DNA of 64,000 nt from Oopsacas minuta (lineage: Eukaryota; Animalia; Porifera). Below are positions 24,801-37,150 of the stretch, one piece after another. The stretch lies in NCBI GenBank assembly GCA_024704765.1, contig JAKMXF010000298.1, forward strand, positions 372,001-436,000, read 5' to 3'. Numbering within the stretch: the first letter of the stretch is position 1; each line of letters begins with the position of its first letter. The translations under genes and the position numbers were made by a program. Under the pieces are notes generated by a model. The model did no database searches. It was not told the origin of the DNA and worked only from the letters and a program-made list of their open reading frames with translations.

Positions 24801-27800
24801 ATTCATATCCCTCTGTTCATGAGGATTCAACTGTTGCTGATCGAATATATACTCTCTACAGAACTTGTCAGGATTAAAAATACTTCTCCTACTTTGCCAT
24901 AAATGTAGAAACACTCTCTGGAGCTCTCTGAACATATATGTATGTCTAGGTGTAACCTCCCTCAAATCTTGAGACAGTATAGCGTTACGTAGAGATGGAA
25001 TCATGTACAATTGTTGTAATGTACTGGCCATATAGCAAGTAGCTCCAAGGTTAGAAATTCCGCAGTAGCCACCTGAAATATCTCTTAGGTCATCTTTGGG
25101 TCTGTATTCCCATGGAATTCCTGTGTTATAAGATATAAGTCATAGAATACATAATAATATTTTGGATATATATATATTTACAGTAGACTTTGCTTAATAG
25201 AACCACTGGTTAATCGGGTCAACACCTTTATTCCACTTGAACTGGTCTAAATGTCCTGGTCCTGACTCCCGATGTGACCCTGTTAAGTAGAGTCTACTGT
25301 ATTTGCAAATTGCAATCATCTGTTTATAAGCTACAGTCTAACCTACATAAACGATAAAAGGGATGCTATGGACAGTGGGCAAGCGAAAAATGCTACTTCG
25401 TTTCCCCATTTGTGATAAATTCACCGTTTGTGGAGGATCGTTTGAATGGGAATACGAATTCGCTATATTGTTTCTCACTCCGTTTCCAGAAGTTCCCCCA
25501 TCGCACAGCCCAGTTTGTGGAGGTAAGTCTTCGGAAAAAACGCCTTTTTCTAGAAAAGACCGAGGCAGGTTGAAAAACTGCCTTTTTATGATCTTTTCTG
25601 TCATTTTTTCTAGCTGGACACACAGTACAAGAGCTATCCACGAAAATAATACATGTTATTGTTACTGATTCATGAATTGCTTTTTAGAGAAATATAGCTA
25701 TGATAGAAGATCAGAATTTCTCAAAATCACTTGCATGTGATAATGTTGCCTTATATGGTCATAGGTGCCGGTGGTTTTTTCCAAATTTGCTTCCCTTTTC
25801 TGGGGTGGAAAAACCGGTATTTTCCGGTAATACTGGGGGTAAGACTTTATTGAGTAATTTTAAAAACATAGGAAATATAACCATACGAGCACTCCCTTGC
25901 TATCAATACCTGACATAACAGGGTGATTCTGTTTGAGTACAGCAGCTACTAAAGGGAATAGTTTAGGATTCTGATACACCATAGCTTCTAGCAGATCTAT
26001 AGCATTAAGTCTAGTCTCTGGATTACGATATATTGGTAATGGAGATTGAGTCTCATTAGTAAGATTATACGTTTTGAATGGAAATAAATTAGCCAAGACA
26101 CGCTCCACCAATCTCTTAGCTTGATCTGAACTAGTGTAGTCAGCTGATAGTTTTGTTAGAGCAGTCAATGTTTGTAATAATCCCTATACAAAATAGTAAA
26201 GGTAATGACAGAGTATATATCAATATAGAGGCGATTAAAGCCGTAGCAAACTACACTCGAGAATTATAACTGCTATATCAAAAATATTATTAAAATTATA
26301 CTTAAAAGGTGTGAAATATTATTCCAGAGTCTAGATTAGTTTTCCGCAATCTCGGGGTAGTGACCCCGAAATTTTGTATTATTGTTAATTTTAAGGAGTC
26401 CAGAGTGACCAAATGTTGCTGACCCCTGGTCTAGACTATAGCTGAAAATCTTCACCCAAAATGTACTCATAGCCGAATTCAACGCACGGAGTCGCAATAG
26501 GGCTAAATTGCATTATAATTTTCCCTTCAAATAATTCCCATTTTAAAACTATCTTACAATGGCTGACATGAAACATACACATCAATTGACCTCAACTATT
26601 CACAAGATAACCTTGAGGAATATATCCGGAGTATCCATGGTGTCTCTGGTAAAATGTTTATCAGCAATTAGCTCAATCATTTCGTAAGGAGCACGAGTTA
26701 TCAGCCGTTCATAACAAGCATGTTCATAACATTCACTGGTCCTCCAATTCTTCTTATGTTTCTTAGAACTTTGTATAAACATTATTAGCTCATGAATGCA
26801 TATAAAGCATTCCTCAGATTGTTTTAGTAGTTGTTCTGAAGGCCGAGATAAGAGCGTGGGATCCTAGATTTAAATAAGAAATTGATAACTTTAGTTATAG
26901 AACAATTATAACTAGTAAGAAAAGTTTAATACGAATAACATACAGTCAGGGGCGATCCCAGGATTATCATAGCCCGGGGCAAATCCGGGGAAAAATCCTA
27001 CCATTAAATGGGCAGTGGTGGTCTGAGGATCTGGCAAAACCTGGGCCTAGATTTCAAACCCGGGGCAAATGCCCCGTTTGCCCCCTGGGACCGCCACTGC
27101 ATACAGTCAACTCCAACACAATAGAGAGGGGTAGCTGAGTAATAGAAATATTATATATCCTAGGGTGCAACTACAATTCTCGGAGCGAGGAGGCAATTGC
27201 CTCCAGTCCTCCACTACCTTTATTATAATGCTAGTTACGCCCCTGATATTACATAGAAATATACATAGATACCCGAATTCACGGATAATTATGATGAACA
27301 AATGTTCAGCGCCAAATGTTTCATTAATCTAACTAGAGCCACTAGTCACTACACACTTATATGTGCTGGCATACGATTTGTATTGAAAAGACCCCAATTA
27401 AGTAAAGTAAATTGAATTCAAAATAATGGAAAATATATCCACAGAAATGCAATATGGGATAATCTTGCAGAATGTTTGGAACACTTCGAAATACAGTGTA
27501 ACCTCTACGAACGGGGTGCTAGTAACACCGAAAATTACTACCAAAATACTACCCCGTTTCTGCAAATTCCAAGTTTGTGGAGGTTACACTGTATATACCA
27601 TTAATATAGTTTTCTAAACCTACGTGCGTATATATTTAACATACCGTGATAGCACTCCTAATCATTGGAGGAACACGAGAGAGCTCCAGTAACACATCAT
27701 TATCAATAGAGCATTGTAACAAATGATCTAACACAGTTAGAGAAATATTAGGGTCATTAAACTCTGTATATAACTGCTTAAAATTCCTCCTAGCTAACTT

Positions 27801-30800
27801 CCTCACTAATTCATGTTGACAATATAATAATATTTTTTCAATTAGCGAACTGAAATCTTTCCTCATCAGCAGATCCATGAGAGCATAATTGTTAGCTTGA
27901 CACCAACACATTACCATAGACCATGCTCTTTGGGATAATATAATAGCACAGTCTTTATTAGCTACACTACCTAGCTCAAGAGCTCTGCATAGAAGAGATA
28001 GTATGTTGACGTTATTGTCCTAGAAATGGTAATTAGAGAGTACAATATATCTATCCACACTTTACAACGAATCAAAAAGTTTGCTATTTCTTAGAAAAAT
28101 ATATTACATTCTGTACTATCGGTTATGCAGATTACGACTCTGAAGTAATTTTACTTTTACGATTTGAAAATAGCAAAATAATTTTCCGTAATTGAGATTG
28201 CCCTAGAACAACTTGTGTGGATTTTCGAACTAATTCTATGTTGGTCTCATCAAACCCGGAAATAGCTCAGAATAGGCGAAATTAGTCATTTTACTAACGA
28301 AATCCACAACTTCAATAAAAATGGAGCAAAAATCGCAAAATATCATAAAACTATAAATACCTGTAAAATTTCAATCGCGACTTTAGGCATTTGTAATTCA
28401 AAATTAGGAACAACTATTTTCTTCACAGTATTACATTTCAACAAATCTTGAGATACTTCTATCAAATCATCACTATCACTTCCTGTACTATTATCCTGCT
28501 GCATAACTCTATGTAGAGACAATAGACACACAATTTCCATCCAATAGCAGAGTACAGCTTGATACCAACACGTCCATCCTTCTATGCTCCCATCTCTACT
28601 CGGAGAAATATTCTCTTTGTCTAAACTATCTAAACTCTGACTAGATTCACTACAAGAGTTAGAAGATAGACAGAACTCCATGTGTGTACTGAGTCTAGCG
28701 ATACATATAGTGAGGCCTGCTCTCCTCACAGCTGGGGAAATAGATTTATCCTCAGTAGCTCGTAGGAGTACAGTTTGTATAGCTTGCAGAGAGTACAGCT
28801 GTTTAAATAGATTCTGTTCGTTAGCAAGATTACCTTGACAAAATCAGTGTATAGAACAAGGAATGATATCGACATACCGAGTTGGAAAAATATAAATGTC
28901 GGTTATTCCGTTATTTATCGAAAACACAGTTGACTCTACTTAATAGAGACACCAGTTAATCGGGTCAAAATGGCCTGGTCCCGATGTGACCCTATTAAGT
29001 CTATTGTACAGATAAGTAACATTTTCACGATATTTAAATAATATAAAATTGTCGAAATTATAGAAGTATATCGAAAATTATTTACTGGTATTTTCCAATA
29101 TTTCCAAACTCTTTTGATATTTCCCGATATTTGTTAACCCAGAAGGATGAAATGAATTAACTTACCGAAGAACAATTCCCAATCCCTGGTCTCCTGACTA
29201 ATAGCACAAGTAGCTCTTACTACTTCCTTAGGGGAAGTAGGTAACATGCCTAACAATCTCCACACTGTAGTACACAGTATTTCTCCATTAATCTGTTGTA
29301 GAACAGTTGCTAACCTTAGCAAGAATTGAATAGCATCTAATTCCACTAGAATATTATGAGGAATAGATTTCCTCTTAGGAGCAGGGAGATGAGATGGTGA
29401 GACAGGAATTCCTGGTATGCTAGATGGTACACTTGTATGTGAAGCTTGTATTATAGAATTATCTTTAATATCTAATTCTTTAAGAGTTTTAGTATCAGAT
29501 TCATAGTGTAGGAGCTGCCCGTCTGATGTTAGTTTAAGTGGAGGGAGAGATGAGGAGAATGATTGTTCAGGACTGAAGAGATTAGATTTGACTTTACCTA
29601 CATAGATAATACTGCTAACACAGGGTAACATCCAAAAATGGGGAATTTGGCAAAACGGTGTAGCATTTTTCGGCGTCCCTAGCACCCTGTTCGTGGAAGT
29701 TACACTGTACTGTATTTAATATTATTTTATACGATTGGAACATTGATTATTTATCACATAATTTCCATTTTGGTCAAAACAGAACACTCAAAAAGTGGAC
29801 AGCACCTCTACAACGGACAAGTTCGTGAAGCGAAATGAATTTATCATACATGGACGTCTCCATACAGTGAACAAAAGCCAATCCCCAATGTATCCCGATC
29901 TCATAGTGAATAACGTTCCAAGGCGAATAATCTTTGGGGAACACTATTGACAATAACACTGGATAAATTAGTGAGAAATACATTACTCAGATATCAGCAG
30001 AACCTCGTTAAAATATAATATATCTCAACATACAAGTATCCTACAACTTACCAGCTTTAATCAGATAGAACACAGCCTCAGCTCTCAGCTCAGCTATTAA
30101 GGTATAACTACACAACTCTAAAGTAGTCTTATAACTATCTGAATATCCTTTATACACCAGAATAATCTTAATACTATCTCCTCTGTTAGTTGTGATAGTT
30201 GGAGGGTTTAGTGCTAACTTACCTGGAAGCCCTGGAAACTTCTCTTCACAGTGTTTCTCTAAAGGTCTACCTTGAAGGCTCCAAATACGTAAGTGAAATG
30301 AAAAACGTTCTTGAAACAAACTTAAATGAGATAATAACAATTCTAACGCTTTCCTCACGAGTGTATAGGCTATATTGACGTCACTCTCTCTTTTCTGTAC
30401 AGCTTCTAACCCAATAGGGGGACAGATTGTACCCTTATTGGTGGTATCCAGAGTCTCAAGCCCCTCAGCTAGAAATTTAATTGATCTCCTTAGGAAAGAT
30501 TCTTCATAGCTCAGTGAGCATTCACCTCGAGAGAAATAACTAGTATTAAGGAATTCAATAGCAGATTGACTTATTTGGTTATCACAATGGTGCATAGCTA
30601 TATTCCATACCATCTCTAGACAGGGATTAGCTGTACAGGATAGATCAGGATTAGTGTATGGGAATAGATGACGTACTAAGCTGAATCCAGCTAGTGGGAT
30701 GTTATGTGGATCCAAATCTGATACTTTATTCTGTACCAGATACGATATGATCTTCTGAGGCATAGAAGTTACCTGAAAGATAAATAGATTATGGAAACCA

Positions 30801-33800
30801 GTAGTACAGCTTAGGGAAAGTGCGTACGTAGTTCAGGCGCTGGTGGACCTATAGCTCCAAAATTATGAGTAAGGCTACCAAACAATAGTAAAACTGTATG
30901 TACAAATTTCAAAAAAATATATTTTTAGAACATGTACGGTATATAGACATTCCAGAATTGAAATCTATACATGTTTCCAAGTTTCGGTGAATTGATAATT
31001 TGATTTTGCTCTCTTCACATATTGTGAAAATTATTATTATATGATGAATTGCTATGATAAATGAATTAACACTGAATAATAGTATACCTGTAAATCAAAC
31101 CAAGTGAACCCCTTATTCTTCAATATCGGCTGTAGTTTAGAATTAACAACTAAACTCTCCCAAATCTCCTCTACAAATTCACTAGTTAGAGTAAATGCTT
31201 TAGCTAAAAAGGAATGAGACACAAGAGTAGAAAGGAAGTCAAGTCTAGCTTCAAGTTGTTTAGGTGTAGAGTACGTATTACCCAGGTCCTCACTCTCTTC
31301 AATCTTGTGAATAAATCGTCTCCAATTCTGGAAGAATACTTCCATCATATTTAATTCATTCTCAGCCCATGAAAATGCACAGTAATTCCCAGAGAATATA
31401 GAAGGAGGAGATGAAAGGAGAGATAGCAATAAATTCAGTGAGAATATTACGCTCTTATCCTGTGATACATTCAGTAGACAGGCTCGCATGAAGTGCTGTA
31501 CTACCTACAGTTATGATAGTATATTAAATTACAATGAAAACCCGAGAAATTTACAAATATGTTTAATTTTGAATTTAGTGTACACTCTTACATTGTCTTA
31601 CATTGTCTTACATTGTCTTACATTGTCCAGCAGTGTATTCTGTTAAAACCTGAGAGACTTAATCCAGAACTTAATTAAATTTTGTAAATAAATACTACTA
31701 CTTAAGCCTGGGCTTAGCCTCAATGGATGACATCATATGTCCTATTTCGTATAGTGTTCGGGCAAGCTCTATCATATTGTAAGCCTGCAGAAGCTTATAG
31801 AATTTGGAGGCTCTCTGAGATATAGCAATACATAGTTGTATATGTAACAATAATTGGAATTTTGGAACAACCTTTCGGCAATGCTTCTGACTGCCTTATA
31901 AACTAGTCCGATATATAGGTATTAACAAACCTCACTAGACTTGATATGCTTAATAAGATCAGCTAACAATCTCTGTGCGAACTCTCTCAGCTCAACATGA
32001 AGTTTATTAATGTTTTCATCCTGTAACAAATCCCATAATAGAGAATTTCCTTTAGTATTCAAATGCTGTATCAGAGATTTAACTGGCTTAGAAATGGCAT
32101 CAGCTGAAGTGTCAGCTGTGCTAGTAAGATGCTTAGCCATACTGAATATAGGACAATCTGTTGAGTCTTCAGGATCCAAGTTGGTAAGATTGAAGTCTTG
32201 TTCTAGGCTGTATGATTGAGTTGTATCACTGGATTGACGTTCCATTGGCACAAGCTTGTCATCAGGGAGGTTAACTGCGAATTTAGCTTGTGGGAGTGGT
32301 ATAAGAGGAGGAGGGTCGTCTGAGATAGGGGGTGTCCTTGCTTGAGGTGTGAAATTTATCATAATGTGTTCTTCTGATCCAGTATCCATACTACAATACA
32401 AACACATTCAATATGTCGTAATATATCAAAGTAACATAAATTTTGATTGGTTATATAGAACTCCGCTTATATTGAAGTATTATTACGGGTCTATTGAGCT
32501 CTGATATAACGGGGAGTTGACTGTATATGAAATATTGTCAAAATTTTGATATTTAGAAATTCAAATTTACCTACAATTGAACATACCCAATAGTTTCTAT
32601 ATCCAAATCCTGATCAGCAGCATTATTATCCTCTGCTATATGTACCTCAGTACTAGCTACACTACTGGAAGAGGATCTCTCAGAGTTATTTAGGATAACT
32701 TCTAGATTCTCAGGTACACCAACTAATCTCCCTAATCCCATTCTTGTCTTGTCATAGGTACAAACGTCCTGTATTTTAGACCAATGAGCTCTAGTGAGTA
32801 AGTGGCAGAGATGTAGTGACCCAAAACTGTGTTCTTCTATTGGGAGATCTGTTAGCTTGCCTAGCAAGTGATCCACCTTCAGAATAGATATAAAATAAAA
32901 TGAATATAGTGTCAACTCCCGTTATGTGGAACACGGATATTACCAAATATCTGTTTATATTGAAGTCTGAAATTGTACAAATATGGTCCCAAACAGTGAA
33001 AATAACAAATGGAATTGTAATTGGTTATATCGAACTTCGCCTATATTGAAGGAATTATCACGATTCCTTGAGCTCTGATAAAACAGGAGTTAACTGTATT
33101 TTGCTGTACAGTGGATATTTACAAAGGATATTCCTCAATAGACAAGCCATACATTTAGCACAATTTATCGCGATCATTTATTACTCTACTTTTCATATTA
33201 CACATATATACATAGATTTATCTCGTTGCTTGCTCCATAAATTCATGGAAAAATCTCCGAGTCTCCTCTCACAAAGTCATACACTATTAGTACGAATAAA
33301 TATAGTAAATGGTTATTCTCTAGGATTATATAAGCTGAGCGATTAGACGTTGGTATATACTTCTCATTACATATAATAATAATTATAATACTGAGCAATA
33401 GATATTCTTAAACACACTCACCAAATCTTCTTCTATATGCTTAGATAACTCATAGAGCTGTAGAAACACATGCCTAGAACTATGTTTATCCTTTGTATCT
33501 TCCCAGAGAGCATCTACGTGTTCAGTAGTAAGAGATCCGTTTGTAGCTAAGAACTGTAACAACACTAAACTAACTTTAAGGACCTCAGGATGGAATGAAC
33601 CTTGACCTGACCGTCCTAATACTCTCTCCACTATTTCATTCTCAACTATCCAGTTGGTATACTGCTTAGCTAATACATCTTCATTCTCACCCAGAAATCC
33701 CTAAACACAAATAAATGAGTTCAAAGGTCAATCAAAATGTTTTTGATTGTATTAGAAATATCTGAATAAGGAAAATAGCGGAACGGAAGTTAGATTATAG

Positions 33801-35557
33801 CTGAATGATTGACTTTTGGTGAGACATTGACATGAAAAAGAGAAGCATCTCATCAAAAAAGAACAGAATGTTCGTTATCACGAGAGTCCACTAGTATTAC
33901 TTTTTTCTAATAATAAAATCATATAATTACGACCTATTACAGTCAACTCTCATTATGTTAAAGTTCAAGGGACCGTGATAATTACTTCAATTAAGAGGAG
34001 TTTGATAAACATATGTAATTTGTGTTGCTTTGACAGTTTGGGACCATATTTGTACAATTTTCGATATATCCGTGTTCAATATAACGAGAGTTAACTGTAC
34101 CTTAGTTTTCCAATCCAAGAATAGAAACAGCTGTTGATTGAGTGACGCCAGACCCTCTAGCTTGAGTATCAATACAGAAGAACAAATATACTTCAAAGCT
34201 AAGCTAAGCACGTCTATGTCGAAAGAAGGTCCTTTTTCTAACGGATCAACGACACTATTAATAATCTGTTCAATAAAATACTTGTTGTCCTTTATCACTG
34301 TGTCAGGTAACTGTTTCAGATATCTGTATACGAGAGGTCGCAGACAAGCTACAACCTCAACAAGATAGCACTTGACAATGTGACTACGTACGCATAATAC
34401 AATCGAGCATAATTCTTTAGCTATTAAGAATGGCAATCTACTCAATTCATTCTCATCTCGGAAGAATGTTGCAACCATTTCCAGACCTCGTGCTATACGA
34501 CAAAATCTATAAATATTCCGTAATAACAGAGTGTGTGTAGGAATGCCAGGTTCTGATTTTACATAGAGCGCTTCTTCTTCTTCTAAGTCTAAGTTACGTA
34601 GCTTCCATACTTGATAGAGAGTGAAGTGAATCATAAAACATTTTATGGTAGCAAAACTGAATAATTGGAATTTCTTGAGGAGGTGTGCTCGAGTGTTTAT
34701 AACCTAAATATTTATACAAATACATAATATGAATTTCCGGATAATACGAACACATTCGTTGGTGTTCGTGTTCCACTGTAATTGGAAAATGAATGCAAGA
34801 ATATGAATGGGAATTCTGAGATATGAGGGAAAGTGAAATTAGGGCAGATCAAACGTGTCAATTCCAAGGAGAGCGCGGAACAGTGGGTAAAGCGTTACGC
34901 CCTAACTTTGGTGTATAATGTATAATGGAACTTGTATAATCCGGCAGTTCCATATTGACCAATGAAGGTAGAGAGACAAAAATTATTATAGCGGAATACG
35001 CGGGACATACAAAATAGTTTTAGTCAACTCTAGTCAAAAGCGGGACAATTCAACTATTTAGCACGATTTAGCGGGACATAATTTTAAGTATTTCGTGTAG
35101 GAGGAAAGATTAGTTCGAGAATATTTCACAGCGGTCAAAATCATCCATCTAGAATTCAATTTCTTCATTTTATAAAAACCAGTCAATACTCATCACTCAC
35201 CTCTTGATTAGTACTGGTTTCATCTAGTAGTAACAAATGCCTCCAAATAGAAGTCAGTACAGTGGGGACATAGTGTAAATACGTTTGTATAAGAGTAGGC
35301 AGTTTATCATAATGTACTTTGGCAAGGCACTCGCATTTCCTACCAAACCAGGAGATTATAAAATCAGCAATTGTAACCAGATCTGAATCATCAAGCCTTG
35401 GATTCAATATCTCATTCTCTACAACTTCTTTCTCATCTGTTTCCACGGTTGTTTGCAAGTTTTCTTTAGTAAATTTAGAATCTAAAATGATAGCTACATC
35501 TCTACAGAAATCTCTGTTCGTCTTCTCCTGGTCAATTGTGAAGTAGTAATCATTCAT
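15843..35557 (-). CDS. USP34: Ubiquitin carboxyl-terminal hydrolase 34, large multi-exon gene (exon boundaries only partly resolved)
   Basis: N-terminal SWFGRKCECLAK. Cys box GISNLGATCYMASTLQQLYM (Cys codon 25035-25037). Zn-ribbon KYTCSQCG...RAEKRACF. NTMR|YTFN...EKVNTHFPFP junction. His box HTGTAEGGHYY (His codon 22368-22370) and WYMFND. More than 25 collinear minus-strand exon ORFs. Confidence 0.88.
21514..21536. repeat. (AAAC)n microsatellite in a USP34 intron
   Basis: Direct reading of the sequence. Confidence 0.85.
22663..22792. mobile_element. hAT (MER20-like) MITE in a USP34 intron
   Basis: cagtagttccaacctggggtccatg ... ggggtccatggtgaaaaaggttgggaaccgctg. Degenerate 8-bp flanks agataata / aaataatt. 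Confidence 0.65.
23030..24082 (+). pseudogene. Degenerate coiled-coil + NHL-repeat (TRIM71/lin-41-like beta-propeller) pseudogene nested antisense in a USP34 intron (22594-24398)
   Basis: NHL-like fragments in shifting frames: PDSGHIYIA, IFLFKLPDIRMI, DNPCIHVFAFSGEKL, FFYLDRHNNIAISD, LLHTIEQKGQQ...GIAIDKTKLICVS. Several frameshifts and stops. Confidence 0.7.
25181..25299. mobile_element. TA-flanked MITE family E; a shorter relative lies at 28927-29006
   Basis: TA|cagtagactttgcttaatag ... ctgttaagtagagtctactg|TA. Internal ggttaatcgggtcaa...cccgatgtgaccct is shared. Confidence 0.8.
26947..27099. mobile_element. hAT-type MITE, 153 bp, with a perfect 8-bp TSD
   Basis: catacagt|caggggcgatcccagg ... 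cctgggaccgccactg|catacagt (TIR match 14/16). Confidence 0.85.
27494..27591. mobile_element. MITE family D copy
   Basis: TA|cagtgtaacctctacgaac ... gtttgtggaggttacactg|TA. Confidence 0.8.
31587..31626. repeat. Tandem repeat (cttacattgt) x4, intronic
   Basis: Four exact 10-bp copies. Confidence 0.9.
33940..34097. mobile_element. MITE family B copy in a USP34 intron
   Basis: TA|cagtcaactctcattat ... ataacgagagttaactg|TA. Confidence 0.75.
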
Positions 35558-37150
35558 TTGAATGAAGCCAAAGAAATGAGTTATTCAATAATTCACTACG
35601 TAATGTGTAACACCAAATTGATATGTAAATGTAAGAAGGAGAATATTGTTTGATTTATAATGCTACAATAATAATTCGTACGGACCTTTCATAAATGTAT
35701 TGTACTGTTATTCAGGTAAGTTTTTAAACAAATTTGCATAATTGTTTGATCTTTGTATTTAGGGTTCGCCTATTGACACATATTTCTATTCCATATTAGC
35801 GAACTTGCTATTATAACTACCAGTAGAACTCGGTTAGTAATTTACAGGAATAATATTCAGATAAAATTACTTCGGTTAGAACGGCTAATTTTGGTTCCCG
35901 GGGAGTATGTCTTAACTGCCTTAGAATATGAGCTCGATGTCTCTGAAAAACCTAGCAATTTGCTATTAGAGCAAGTGATAAACAATAGGCCTTTAAGCGA
36001 ACCCTCTATAGGTTAAGTTGATTGACATTCCAAAAGGTTGAGGCAAATACCTTCAATCAATTCGTAATTCTCCACGTAATATTGTATAATGAAATCAGTA
36101 CTTTTGTCATTGAATAACTTCACGTGTACTAAACAAGCAATACGTATATACTATAGACATCCTGTTAATTTAGTTATCTCCTAATTACCAAATCCTTATC
36201 ATTATTTTCCTAGATATTTGCAAAATACTTTTATTTTACCAGTAGTATAACTCTGCCTAATGTGACACTGATACATATGCAAATTACGTTAACAAATTAC
36301 AAATAATGTTACGTCGACATACAAAAATTATTACATAATAATGTTAAAAAATCTATAATTGTCTGTAAATTAGTTAATACCACTGTGTATAAGTGAAACA
36401 AGTCTAGGTACACTCCAAGTGGGATTATATCAGCCCAATATGATAATGTTGATATAAATACAAGTTTCAATAAGTATTTTCAAATCAAAAGCTAGTATAA
36501 GAGGATAATTAATTCCTAGCCAATTTCCTTCCGAACAATACTACGGAATACATACTTTTCGTGATCTTACAATTCGTGACACTTCATGCAAGTGCTTCTT
36601 AATTAATCACTAATTTATGTTAAAAACACCCTCGAAAATCGCGTTAAAATATACTGGGACAACATACGTAGACACAACCAAGAGTAAATGCTCATATATC
36701 ATGTCACGAATTCCGCAATACAATACCTTTTCTATGTAATGCTTATGGAAGAAAGCAATTTTGGTTGTGATTTACAAAAAATCCACTTATTCAGTAATCT
36801 AAAATTGGTTGTGTGATAATCATATACATACACGCAATAATCTATTTTGTATTATCAAATTCAAAGAAAGGAATGCAATGCAATAATAGAAATTTGTATT
36901 ACTGGGCTGTGTAAGTACTTGAATTACATATATAAGGTAATCTATATCATTTGTAACTACTTTTAAGTTCTCAAAAGTAATTCTAGAGTATTTAAAAGTT
37001 TCTGTGATAACTTGTATCAGATTTCTTAAGTAATTCAAATAATAAGATACATATTTCAAGTTGTCGTTAGATAGAGGTTTAATTAGTGTATGCCTTACAT
37101 TCTAAGTATAAATGTTGGGATTTAAAAGTTCAGTTCAATTGTTATAGAAA

